Positions 20,215-29,208 of a stretch of 64,000 nucleotides of DNA are shown here, in pieces. A program made the position numbers and the translations under genes. The stretch lies in assembly GCA_028693815.1 (NCBI GenBank), contig JAQUUP010000001.1, forward strand, positions 72,433-136,432. The letters are read 5' to 3'. The notes beneath the pieces are model-generated. The model was given only the letters and a program-made list of their open reading frames with translations. It did no database searches and was not told the DNA's origin. The stretch is from Candidatus Omnitrophota bacterium (GTDB lineage: Bacteria; Omnitrophota; Gorgyraeia; Zapsychrales; Aceulaceae). Numbering within the stretch: the stretch's first letter is position 1; every line of letters starts with the position of its first letter.

Positions 20215-21675
20215 TTAATCAGTAAGATTAAGCCCATTTTCTATTCCTGATCCTCCGGGAGGAGAAGCAGCGCCAAGCTTAACCGCATGACAAGCCCCTT
20301 TCCATGTATATCCCGGCCCTCCTGGTATCAAAATCCCGTCTTTATCATATTCTTCTCCAGGATAACAAACCTCCAAAGCACAGCAATCATTACAGCTCCC
20401 AGCGGGCACGGCAGCAACGCGAACAGACCCTGCTCGAGTTGCATTACAGGCAACTAATTGAGCTGTACCAAACTGAGCATATCCATAGACATAAATATTA
20501 CGATTTTCATCAACATCATTACCACCAACAACAATATGGCCAGAACTAATTCTCCCATCTACCTGAAGAAGAGTTGCGCTACTCATCGAAATGCCTCCAA
20601 AATCAAGGCCAACATGAACAGGAAAACTCGGATCTTCCTTGCTTAACCCAATAAAATCACCACCCGTTACACCATCTTGCTTAACAAAAATACCTCGATC
20701 ATTGTCTCCTGAGCTAGAAATATTACCGTCCCCTAACGTGATTGTTCCGTCGCTAACATCAAGCCTAGATACAGGATTTGCAACACCAATCCCAACATCT
20801 CCATTTTTTAAAACAGCCACTGCATCAGATCGATTAGCGTCATTTGTTCCGTTTCCAATAACAAACAAGGGGTCTAAATTTTTCCAAAGATGCTCCGTTC
20901 CCCTAACCAGATTAAATCTTCCAAAAACCGAAGAACCCAAAGCTTTTGCCGTCACGTTTATCCCAGCAGCAAAAGTATTTCTTCCAATAGCATTATTCTG
21001 CTCTCCAAAAGCAAAGCTTTTTTCGTTGCTTACAATGTTCCCCTCTCCAAAGGCAGCGGACTGCTCACTTGAAACAGCATTCTTAAATCCAAAAGCAAAA
21101 GATCTTGTGTTAGAAACCGTATTGCTTTCCCCTGTTGCAAAAGAATTGTCTCCCGAAACAGCGTTGTCAGATCCTGCGGCAAAAGAACTAATTCCATCTA
21201 CATCATTTTTTGAACCAAACGCAGATGAATTTTCACCAGAAACAACATTTTCGTCTCCCGAAGCAAAAGATGTTTCTCCAGAAGCCGTATTTGAAAACCC
21301 AGAAGCAAAAGCTCTAAGCCCAGAAACAGTATTGCCAGATCCTGTTGAAAAAGAACTAGCTCCAGTAGAGCTATTCATATCTCCTGTTGCAAAAGAAGTT
21401 GATCCGCTCGCTGTGTTTCCTGAACCAAGAGCAGAGGACATATTTGACGCTGTGTTTCCTATTCCAGCAACAAGGACACCTTGACCTGCCCCATCAGCAA
21501 TAATCTCCACTTTATGAGTAGGGTTTTCCTCTCCAACGCCGAGCAAGCCCATAACCCGCATCTCTTGATACATGCCAAAAGGGGCTGGATAATACGTTGT
21601 CAGCGTAACTTTATCTGCGAAAACTAACGAACAACAAGCAATAAGAAATAATATTGTAAAAATTACTTTTTTCAT
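20215..21675 (-). CDS. Secreted surface repeat protein, paralog A. Same N-terminal module and beta-roll repeats, with a distinct Cys-rich C-terminus.
   Basis: MKKVIFTILFLIACCSLVFADKVTLTTYYPAPFGMYQEMRV... followed by Ser/Gly/Asn-rich repeats SFAAGSDNAVSGDNSFATGESNTVS and DPLFVIGNGTNDANRSDAVAVLKNGDVGIGVANP. RBS GGAGG. Confidence 0.6.
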   Translation of the reverse strand: MKKVIFTILFLIACCSLVFADKVTLTTYYPAPFGMYQEMRVMGLLGVGEENPTHKVEIIADGAGQGVLVAGIGNTASNMSSALGSGNTASGSTSFATGDMNSSTGASSFSTGSGNTVSGLRAFASGFSNTASGETSFASGDENVVSGENSSAFGSKNDVDGISSFAAGSDNAVSGDNSFATGESNTVSNTRSFAFGFKNAVSSEQSAAFGEGNIVSNEKSFAFGEQNNAIGRNTFAAGINVTAKALGSSVFGRFNLVRGTEHLWKNLDPLFVIGNGTNDANRSDAVAVLKNGDVGIGVANPVSRLDVSDGTITLGDGNISSSGDNDRGIFVKQDGVTGGDFIGLSKEDPSFPVHVGLDFGGISMSSATLLQVDGRISSGHIVVGGNDVDENRNIYVYGYAQFGTAQLVACNATRAGSVRVAAVPAGSCNDCCALEVCYPGEEYDKDGILIPGGPGYTWKGACHAVKLGAASPPGGSGIENGLNLTD

Positions 21676-21757
21676 CTTTTTCCTCCTAAATTTAGCCAGG
21701 GCCTACTCTTCGTAACAACAAAATACAAAGCTCTGTCTAGGTTAAGATTAGTCCCAA

Positions 21758-21907
21758 CACGTTAAACGTGCGAGATAACTTTCAAAAATCAAATATTCAA
21801 TATCCCAGCATTCTACACATGCGGGATAACATTCAAAATCAAATGCTCAATATCCCGAAAACGCTTAGGCGTTTTCGGGACTGCCTCGCTTTTGCTCGGC
21901 TGGTCCC
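21758..21907 (+). repeat. Mosaic hairpin-linker repeat array: 3 GC-rich perfect hairpins separated by 2 copies of a 26-27 nt conserved linker (TAAC[A/T]TTCAAAA[A]TCAAAT..TCAATA).
   Basis: Hairpins are cacgt-taa-acgtg, tccc-agcattctacacatgc-ggga and tcccgaaaacgc-ttag-gcgttttcggga. The linker is repeated at 21776 and 21827. The same grammar is seen at 29.2 kb, 44.1 kb and 60.3 kb. Confidence 0.6.
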
Positions 21908-21935
21908 TTATGTTCTAAAAACCGAGCTTTTGCGT

Positions 21936-22979
21936 CTAGAATTGTTTAAGAAATCTTACATCATTCTCAAAAAACAAACGAATATCATTAATGCCGTACT
22001 TTAGCATGGCAATGCGCTCAACGCCCATTCCAAATGCAAGGCCTGTGTATTTATTTTTTGGATATTTGACCGCTTCAAAAACTTTTGGGTGAACCATGCC
22101 GCAACCCAATATTTCAAGCCATCCTTTTCGTCCACAAACCGAACATCCTTTTCCTTTACAAATATAACACGAAATATCGACCTCTGCCGAGGGCTCGGTA
22201 AACGGAAAGAAATGTGGACGAAATCGCATTTTAATATCTTTTCCAAACAATTTCTGACAAAAAACTGTAAGCAATCCCTTCAACTCGGAAAGAGTCACTT
22301 TTTCATCAACTAGCAATCCTTCAATCTGATGAAACATAAATGAATGACTCGCATCCACCGCATCAGGTCGATATACCTTGCCAGGAACAATCACAGCTAA
22401 AGGAGGTTTATTATTTTGCATCGCACGAATTTGTGCAGGAGAAGTGTGACTGCGGAGCAAAAGATTACGTTCTTTGTTACTCGGGTCTTTCGCATCCAAA
22501 TAAAAAGTATCAAACGCATCGCGAGAAGGATGGTCTGCCGGAATATTAAGCGCTGTAAAATTGTTAAACTCTGTTTCGATTTCTGGACCTTCAAAAACAG
22601 AAAATCCTAATTTCTCAAAAATTGCACAAATTTCATACATTGTTTGAGATAAAATATGCGCATGCCCCAAAGGCACTTTAACTCCTGGCATAGTCACATC
22701 GATACTATCTTGAGCTTTTTTTTCTTCATGCTCAGACTGAAAAAGTTTCTTTTTCTCATCAATAATAGACTGTATTTTATTCCTTAGGTCATTGGCCTTT
22801 TTGCCAATCAAAGGTTTTTCTTCTTTTGAGGCGGCCCCAAGACTTGCGTAAATTTCAGCAACAAACCCTTTTCGCCCTAAATATTTGATACGAAAGGCTT
22901 CTAGCTGATCTGCGCCACTTATCTGAGAAGCTTCTTGAGATAAATTTGTATTAATTTCTTCGAAATTCCAAGATGTCAT
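21936..22979 (-). CDS. pheS: Phenylalanyl-tRNA synthetase alpha subunit
   Basis: Class II motifs FRPHFFPFTEPS and GLAFGMGVERIAM. Confidence 0.9.
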   Translation of the reverse strand: MTSWNFEEINTNLSQEASQISGADQLEAFRIKYLGRKGFVAEIYASLGAASKEEKPLIGKKANDLRNKIQSIIDEKKKLFQSEHEEKKAQDSIDVTMPGVKVPLGHAHILSQTMYEICAIFEKLGFSVFEGPEIETEFNNFTALNIPADHPSRDAFDTFYLDAKDPSNKERNLLLRSHTSPAQIRAMQNNKPPLAVIVPGKVYRPDAVDASHSFMFHQIEGLLVDEKVTLSELKGLLTVFCQKLFGKDIKMRFRPHFFPFTEPSAEVDISCYICKGKGCSVCGRKGWLEILGCGMVHPKVFEAVKYPKNKYTGLAFGMGVERIAMLKYGINDIRLFFENDVRFLKQF

Positions 22980-23057
22980 TTTTTTTAAATTCCAGAAAAT
23001 TAGTAAATAGAAGTAAAAGTATAATTATTATACTATAAAAAATGCCAGAGGCAGAAA

Positions 23058-24512
23058 CTATTTGCGCCAAGTTGTTGGAACCAATAAAATCAAAATAGAA
23101 TAAAGCTCCAGGCGCCCTGCTAACATCAAAAAAGCCAAAACCCATTTTCCTTGAACAGAAATCCAAGCATAATTTTCAACAGCCCCAACCTTACCCAAAC
23201 CAGGGCCAATATTTCCCAAACAAGCAATAGAAGCGGTGGCTGCTGTTTGCAAATCACAATCATTTGTGGCAGCCATAGCAATCGCACCTAAAATAAAAAG
23301 AAGAATAAAAATCGCTCCAAAAGACAAAACTCCCAAGACAATTTTGTCTGAAACTGGTTTATTGTCAACTTTAACAGGAATAACTGCATTTGGAAATATT
23401 GCTTGAACAACTGACCTTAGCGCTACTTTGAAAATTAAAAAAATACGAAGAACTTTCATCCCTCCGCCGGTCGATCCTGCACAGCCACCAACAAACATCA
23501 AACACACAAGACCTATACGAAGCGCCTGAGGCCAAAGGTTAAAATCGGCGGTCACATATCCAGTTGTTGTCAAAATCGAAACAACCTGAAACGCTGCCGT
23601 TCTTAATGGCGTTGTCACGTCGTAATAACTTTTAAGAATAAATGTAAAAATAAAAACAAGGGCAAGCACAAGAAAAAAATACCATCGAAACTCTTCGCTT
23701 CTAAAAAATGTTTTTAAGTTCCCTTTGATAGCTTGATAATGAAGAATAAAATTAGTTCCTGCCAAGAACATAAAAACAATAATTGTCCATTGAATAAAAG
23801 GATTAAACGCAGCGACACTTGCCGTTTTTGTAGAAAAGCCTCCAGTCGCCATTGTCCCAAAAGTATGGCAAAGAGAATCAAACCAAGTCATCCCTCCTGC
23901 TTTCAACAAAAGCGTCTCTAAGACAGACAAAATAAAATAAACACCCCAAAGTGCCTTGGCGGTTTCTTTGACGCGTGGCTGCGCTCGTTCTGCCGTTGGA
24001 CCGGGAGCCTCAGCCTGATAAAGCCGATAAGCGCCTTGTCCAATAACAGGCAACAAAGCTAAAAAAAGAACAATGATTCCCATCCCGCCAAGCCAATGAG
24101 TCAAGCTACGCCAAAAAAGAAGTCCTTTGGGCAGCCCTTCAATATAAGAAAAAATCGTCGCTCCTGTTGTTGTAAATCCACTAACCGTTTCAAAAAAAGC
24201 ATCGGTAAATGACGGAACACTTTCTGCTAAATAAAAAGGCAAAGATCCAAAAAAAGACAAAACAATCCACGACAACCCAACAATAGCTAATCCGTCTTTA
24301 GCATTCAAAAGTTCAAATCCTTCTGAATCCAATGGAAAAACCGCACGCACAACCACAGAAACCAACAATCCCAGCAATATCGTTGTCGTAAATGCAAACA
24401 CCTCAAGGCTTTCCTTGTTATCAAAAAATGCCCATCCTAAAGGGATGAGCATAATAAGGCTAACAACCAAAAGAACTCTAGCCACAATGCTTACAACAAT
24501 CTTTTTATGCAT
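23058..24512 (-). CDS. trkH: Trk-type K+ uptake transporter membrane subunit
   Basis: 484 aa polytopic protein with repeated MPT pore-loop GG motifs (TTTGAT, TTTGYV, GFSTKT). Adjacent to trkA. Confidence 0.85.
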   Translation of the reverse strand: MHKKIVVSIVARVLLVVSLIMLIPLGWAFFDNKESLEVFAFTTTILLGLLVSVVVRAVFPLDSEGFELLNAKDGLAIVGLSWIVLSFFGSLPFYLAESVPSFTDAFFETVSGFTTTGATIFSYIEGLPKGLLFWRSLTHWLGGMGIIVLFLALLPVIGQGAYRLYQAEAPGPTAERAQPRVKETAKALWGVYFILSVLETLLLKAGGMTWFDSLCHTFGTMATGGFSTKTASVAAFNPFIQWTIIVFMFLAGTNFILHYQAIKGNLKTFFRSEEFRWYFFLVLALVFIFTFILKSYYDVTTPLRTAAFQVVSILTTTGYVTADFNLWPQALRIGLVCLMFVGGCAGSTGGGMKVLRIFLIFKVALRSVVQAIFPNAVIPVKVDNKPVSDKIVLGVLSFGAIFILLFILGAIAMAATNDCDLQTAATASIACLGNIGPGLGKVGAVENYAWISVQGKWVLAFLMLAGRLELYSILILLVPTTWRK

Positions 24513-24521
24513 AAGAGGATT

Positions 24522-25880
24522 TTAAAAAATTTTTTTTCTAGTAAATAATTTTTGTAAAGGTACGATACATTTTTCGTGACAAAAAACAATTGTCCCTTCT
24601 CCTTCACGAATATGAGTATTTCCATCTGCCAAAAGAACATCGTCATCCCTAAACACAGCCCCAATAATAGAATCTTTAGGAAATTTAACATCCTTTAACG
24701 GTGCTTTTGTGATCGGAGACCCTTGCTCTGGAACAAGCTCAAGAGCTTCAGCGTTACACCCAACAATTTTTGTAACGGCATTGACCCCATCCCCTCTGAC
24801 TAGACGAAGAATTTGATCAACAGCTAAAAATCGAGGGTTGATCATAACATCAATCTCAAGAGATTCCATGATCGTCATGTAATCTGGCTGTTGTGTAATA
24901 ATGATTGTTTTTTTAGCTCCTGCTTTTTTAGCTAAAACAGCGCTTACTAAATTTGAATGATCGTTTTCCGAAGCTGAAATAAATACATCAACGGCTTCCA
25001 TTCCGCATTCTTTTAAGAGTTCTTTTTCTGATGGAGAACCATTAATCACGCGGACATTCGTTAGTTTGCCAGCCGCCTCAAGAGCCTCTTCTTCGTTCTC
25101 TTCTAAAATAAGAATATCTCTAACATGTCCTACCAAGTCCTGAGCAATTCTCTCACCAATGCTCGTTGCTCCATAAATAACAACTTTCTCTGCCCGTCGA
25201 GCATCCGGATTAACAAACGCTAAAAACTCTCCAAGAGAAGCAGCTGGCAACAAAACATAAATGCGGTCTGCTTTTTGTATAACAATGTCCCCCTTAGGAA
25301 TCACGACGCTATTATCTCTTTTAACGGCAATAATCAAAAAAGGCCATGGCGAATCATCGTTTCGAAAATCTTCTATTTTAGCGTTACACAAAGGAGAATT
25401 TTCCAAGACTACAAAGGAACGTAAAAGAATTTTTCCATCACCAAAATCAGCAACTTCATGTGATCCTGGCGCCATAACAATCTTCACAGTTTGTTCGGCC
25501 GCGACTTGCTCAGGATTGATAATTTCATCAATGGAAAAACGAGAATAACCAAATTTATTTAGGGCTTGGCTTAAAGGAAGATTTCGAATGCGGGCAATTT
25601 TTTTCTTAGCACCATAAGCATCTGCTAAGGAACAAACAACAAAATTTGTTTCATCAGAAGCGGTCACAGCAATCACAAGGTCTGCAGATTCAACGCCTGC
25701 TTGCTTTAAAATCTCAGGATCAGAACCCTCCCCTACTATTACTTTGGCATCTAGTTTTTCATTTGCCTTAGCTGCAATCTCTGGATTCTTCTCAACCACA
25801 TACACTTCATGATTCTGATCAGAAAGATCTTTTGCAAGATTTGACCCGATAATCCCTGCTCCAACAATTGTTATTTTCAT
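24522..25880 (-). CDS. trkA: Trk system NAD-binding subunit (tandem RCK/TrkA-N and TrkA-C domains)
   Basis: Two Rossmann GxGxxG blocks (IVGAGIIGSNLA, IYGATSIGERIA). Confidence 0.85.
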   Translation of the reverse strand: MKITIVGAGIIGSNLAKDLSDQNHEVYVVEKNPEIAAKANEKLDAKVIVGEGSDPEILKQAGVESADLVIAVTASDETNFVVCSLADAYGAKKKIARIRNLPLSQALNKFGYSRFSIDEIINPEQVAAEQTVKIVMAPGSHEVADFGDGKILLRSFVVLENSPLCNAKIEDFRNDDSPWPFLIIAVKRDNSVVIPKGDIVIQKADRIYVLLPAASLGEFLAFVNPDARRAEKVVIYGATSIGERIAQDLVGHVRDILILEENEEEALEAAGKLTNVRVINGSPSEKELLKECGMEAVDVFISASENDHSNLVSAVLAKKAGAKKTIIITQQPDYMTIMESLEIDVMINPRFLAVDQILRLVRGDGVNAVTKIVGCNAEALELVPEQGSPITKAPLKDVKFPKDSIIGAVFRDDDVLLADGNTHIREGEGTIVFCHEKCIVPLQKLFTRKKIF

Positions 25881-25939
25881 ATTTTTAAAAATATTAATAT
25901 TAAAGGCAAGAATAAATTCCTTGCCTTAATATAACGTTC

Positions 25940-26329
25940 TTAAACCTTTTTGGTTGTCTTTGGAACAGGCTTTACTGTTACAGATTCTTGAGCAATCTTG
26001 ATTAGCTTTTTAAGAGCAACCGCAGAATTAACAGCTAATTCTGCTAACATCTGACGATTAACCTCAATATTAGCCTCTTTTAATCCTTTAATAAAGCGGC
26101 TATAGGTTAACCCAGCATCGCGACAAGCGGCATTAATGCGAACGATCCACAAAGATCTAATTTCACGCTTCTTAACACGTCTATCTCGATAAGAATATGC
26201 CATTCCTTTTGTAACAGAACGATCCGCTTGTTGATAACGTTTGCTCCTGTGTCCAAATTGTCCTTTGGCTTGTTTTAAAACTCTTTTTTTTCGCTTGCGT
26301 GAGGCAACAGCGTTTGTAACTCTCGTCAT
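25940..26329 (-). CDS. rplT: 50S ribosomal protein L20
   Basis: MTRVTNAVASRKRKKRVLKQAKG... canonical L20. Confidence 0.95.
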   Translation of the reverse strand: MTRVTNAVASRKRKKRVLKQAKGQFGHRSKRYQQADRSVTKGMAYSYRDRRVKKREIRSLWIVRINAACRDAGLTYSRFIKGLKEANIEVNRQMLAELAVNSAVALKKLIKIAQESVTVKPVPKTTKKV

Positions 26330-26347
26330 GAGATCCCTTCCTCCTTA

Positions 26348-26545
26348 TTAAAGATACGGTAATATCTTTTTTAGTTTCTTTGCATCGCCCGACTTAAGAT
26401 ATCCGTCTTTGCGAAGATGGCGTTTTCTTTTACTTGTTTTTTTTCCTAAAATATGTCCACGATTTGCGCTTCGCTTTTTTATCTTACCTGTCTTGGTAAC
26501 GCGCACTCGCTTAGCGGCAGACCTGTTTGTTTTAAGCTTTGGCAT
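26348..26545 (-). CDS. rpmI: 50S ribosomal protein L35
   Basis: MPKLKTNRSAAKRVRVTKTGKIKKR... Confidence 0.9.
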   Translation of the reverse strand: MPKLKTNRSAAKRVRVTKTGKIKKRSANRGHILGKKTSKRKRHLRKDGYLKSGDAKKLKKILPYL

Positions 26546-26565
26546 AATATTTCCTTTCTACAACT

Positions 26566-27084
26566 TTATTTCTTACTTGCTTTAGGGGCAACGACAATAG
26601 ACATCACGCGGCCCATCATGCTAAGATCTTTTTCGACTTGTCCATGTTCAGAAATTTCTTCCACAAACCTCTTCAACACTTCTTTTCCTTGATCCCTAAA
26701 AGCCATCTCGCGTCCTCGGAAAAAAAGATTTACTTTTACTTTATCTTTTTTCTCTAAAAACGAAATCGCCTGCCTTAATTTTACTTGATAATCATGTTGA
26801 TCAATGTGCGGTTTAAGACGAATTTGCTTTAAATGTGTTATTTTTTGACTCTTTTTTTCAAGCCGCTCTTTTTTCTCTTGATCATACTTATATTTGCTAA
26901 AATCCATAATACGACAAACCGGTGGTTTTGCTGTTGGGGCAATCTCAACAAGATCAAGCTCATTCTCTTGAGCCAACTCTAACGCTCTCTTAATAAGAAC
27001 AACGCCAAGCTGCTCTGACTCTGGCCCAATAACACGTACTTCTGGAACTCGGATACGCTCGTTAGTTCGAATATATTTATTAAT
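26566..27084 (-). CDS. infC: Translation initiation factor IF-3, extended to an in-frame AUU start codon with an AGGAGG RBS
   Basis: The ORF track begins at an internal Met (MAQENELDLVEIAP...). Reading upstream in frame gives (AUU)NKYIRTNERIRVPEVRVIGPESEQLGVVLIKRALELAQ, the conserved IF3 N-domain. Top-strand ggaggt sits 8 nt before the ATT. Confidence 0.85.
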   Translation of the reverse strand: MNKYIRTNERIRVPEVRVIGPESEQLGVVLIKRALELAQENELDLVEIAPTAKPPVCRIMDFSKYKYDQEKKERLEKKSQKITHLKQIRLKPHIDQHDYQVKLRQAISFLEKKDKVKVNLFFRGREMAFRDQGKEVLKRFVEEISEHGQVEKDLSMMGRVMSIVVAPKASKK

Positions 27085-27114
27085 AAAACTACCTCCTGCT
27101 ATAATGGGTTTATC

Positions 27115-28851
27115 TTATACTTTCTGAACAACTTCTTTTTTAAACTGCTCTACCAAAGCATCAAAAGCAATATTTGTTTGATTGCCGCCTCTTTTTCGAA
27201 CAGACACTTCTCTTGTCTCAACTTCTTTGTCCCCTAAAATAATCAAATAAGGAATCTTTTTAACAGAATTTTCTCGAATCTTCTTATTTAAAGTTTCATT
27301 GCTGGTGTCAATTATAACCCGAAAACCGTTTGTTTGTAAATCTTCTTTTATTTGTTTTGCAAAAGCTTGATGTTCCTCTCTAATCGGAATAATCGCCGCT
27401 TGTATTGGCGCAAGCCACAAAGGAAACGCGCCTGCATAATGCTCAATTAGTGTCCCAAAAAAACGTTCCACGCTCCCTAAAATTGCCCGATGAATCATAA
27501 TCGGTTTTTTTTCTTTGCCTTCCTCGTTGATATAAGTCATCTTAAACCGCTCAGGCAAAGCAAAATCACATTGAATTGTCGCGCATTGCCAAGAGCGACC
27601 AATCGCATCTTTAAGCTTAATATCAATCTTCGGCCCATAAAAGGCCCCGTCACCCTCATTGATCTGATATTCAATTTCTTTTTGCTTCAAAGATTCTTCT
27701 AAAGCATTAGTTGCGATTTCCCAATCCTTAATATCTCCAATAAATTTTTCGGGTCTCGTGCTAAGCTCAATCTCATAATCATTAAATCCAAATGTTTTCA
27801 TCACTTTAAATACAAACTCAATAACGCTCATAACCTCATCTTTTACCTGATCTTCTCGACAAAAAATATGTCCGTCGTCTTGGGTAAATCCACGCAAACG
27901 CAAAAGTCCATGCAATACTCCTGCTTTTTCATGACGGTAAACAGTTCCTAATTCAAATAATCGCACTGGCAAATCGCGATAAGAACGCGTCTTTGATTTG
28001 TAAATCAAAATATGACCCGGACAATTCATTGGCTTTACGGCATACTCTTGATTATCCACGTCAAAATAATACATGTTTTCTCGATAATACTCGCTGTGGC
28101 CAGATGTTTCCCAAAGCTTTCCTTTTAGGATATTTGGCGTTTGAACAAGATCATACCCTTGTTTGATATTTTCATCTTTAATATAATCTTCGATTATCTT
28201 TCGAAGCATCGCTCCGTTAGGATGATAAAAAATGAGCCCTGCACCAGCTTCTTCTTGATAAAAATTAAACAAATCTAATTGTGGCCCTAACTTCCGATGA
28301 TCTCTTTTTTGCGCTTCCTCAAGCATCGCTAAATATTCTTTAAGCTCTTTCTCTGACGGAAAACAAGTGCCATAGATTCGCTGAAGCATTTGTTTTGTTT
28401 CGTCTCCACGCCAATAAGCGCCAGCAACCGAAAGCAATTTAAAGGCTTTTATTTCTCCAGCATTATCAACATGCGGGCCTTTACATAAATCCAGAAATCC
28501 ATCGCCTGTCTGATAAACAGAAACTTGTTCGTCCTCTAAATTTTCAATGAGCTCAACTTTATAAATTTCGCCTTGTTTTTCAAAAAGCTCTAAAGCTTCT
28601 TTCTTAGGCATTAGACTTTGAACAATTTTTGGCTTATCCTGAATAATACGGCGCATTGCTTTTTCAATCTTTTTCAAATCATCTGTTGAAAAAGGATCGC
28701 TGCGTTCAAAATCATAATAAAAACCATTATCAATCGCAGGACCAATAGCCACCTTCACATTAGGCCAAAGCTCTTTAACGGCTTGCGCCATCACATGCGA
28801 GCAACTGTGTCTCAAAGTTTCCAATTTTTTTTTGTTTTCTTTCTCTGCCAT
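27115..28851 (-). CDS. thrS: Threonyl-tRNA synthetase (lacks the N-terminal TGS domain)
   Basis: Begins at the editing-domain HSCSHVM block. Class II catalytic motifs and a C-terminal anticodon-binding domain are present. Confidence 0.9.
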   Translation of the reverse strand: MAEKENKKKLETLRHSCSHVMAQAVKELWPNVKVAIGPAIDNGFYYDFERSDPFSTDDLKKIEKAMRRIIQDKPKIVQSLMPKKEALELFEKQGEIYKVELIENLEDEQVSVYQTGDGFLDLCKGPHVDNAGEIKAFKLLSVAGAYWRGDETKQMLQRIYGTCFPSEKELKEYLAMLEEAQKRDHRKLGPQLDLFNFYQEEAGAGLIFYHPNGAMLRKIIEDYIKDENIKQGYDLVQTPNILKGKLWETSGHSEYYRENMYYFDVDNQEYAVKPMNCPGHILIYKSKTRSYRDLPVRLFELGTVYRHEKAGVLHGLLRLRGFTQDDGHIFCREDQVKDEVMSVIEFVFKVMKTFGFNDYEIELSTRPEKFIGDIKDWEIATNALEESLKQKEIEYQINEGDGAFYGPKIDIKLKDAIGRSWQCATIQCDFALPERFKMTYINEEGKEKKPIMIHRAILGSVERFFGTLIEHYAGAFPLWLAPIQAAIIPIREEHQAFAKQIKEDLQTNGFRVIIDTSNETLNKKIRENSVKKIPYLIILGDKEVETREVSVRKRGGNQTNIAFDALVEQFKKEVVQKV

Positions 28852-28896
28852 CTTTCCCTATCTAGCTGAAACAAAAAGACTTATGTTTCTAAAATC

Positions 28897-28973
28897 TGGT
28901 GGGCCCACGAGGACTCGAACCTCGGACACCTTGCATGTCATGCAAGTACTCTAACCAACTGAGCTATGAGCCC
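28897..28973 (-). tRNA. tRNA-Val (anticodon GAC), CCA encoded
   Basis: RC reads GGGCTCATAGCTCAGTTGGTTAGAGTACTTGCATGACATGCAAGGTGTCCGAGGTTCGAGTCCTCGTGGGCCCACCA. Confidence 0.8.
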
Positions 28974-29100
28974 GTAAATAAAATTCAAATATTTGTAAAA
29001 ATTGAAAATAGAGATTTGAACGCAATGACTTTTTTTCTTGTCAATTATCTATTTTCTATTCTCAATTGCTCTGTGAGTTTTTGATTTTCAAAAACTCATA

Positions 29101-29183
29101 TGGGCAAGGAGGGAGTCGAACCCTCATAGTCTTTCGACCAAAGGATTTTAAGTCCTTCGTGTATGCCATTCCACCACTTGCCC
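29101..29183 (-). tRNA. tRNA-Leu (anticodon UAA), long variable arm
   Basis: RC reads GGGCAAGTGGTGGAATGGCATACACGAAGGACTTAAAATCCTTTGGTCGAAAGACTATGAGGGTTCGACTCCCTCCTTGCCCA. Confidence 0.8.
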
Positions 29184-29208
29184 AAATATTCAAAGATCAT
29201 TAACTTCA

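Noticed and set aside
20639-21484. 281-aa ORF on the plus strand inside the paralog A gene
   Set aside because: Antisense shadow of the Ser/Gly/Asn repeat region. Composition (Pro/Ser/Leu/Phe runs) mirrors the sense-strand repeats. The minus-strand frame has a signal peptide and an RBS.
21758-21907. Possible CRISPR array (conserved units separated by variable segments)
   Set aside because: The variable segments are only 16-28 nt and are themselves perfect palindromes. There are only two to three units per site. Units are not identical. No cas genes are in the window. The architecture fits REP/BIME-like mosaics better.
21768-22004. 78-aa ORF
   Set aside because: Spans the hairpin-linker repeat array and the 3' end of pheS. 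Repeat-derived reading frame.
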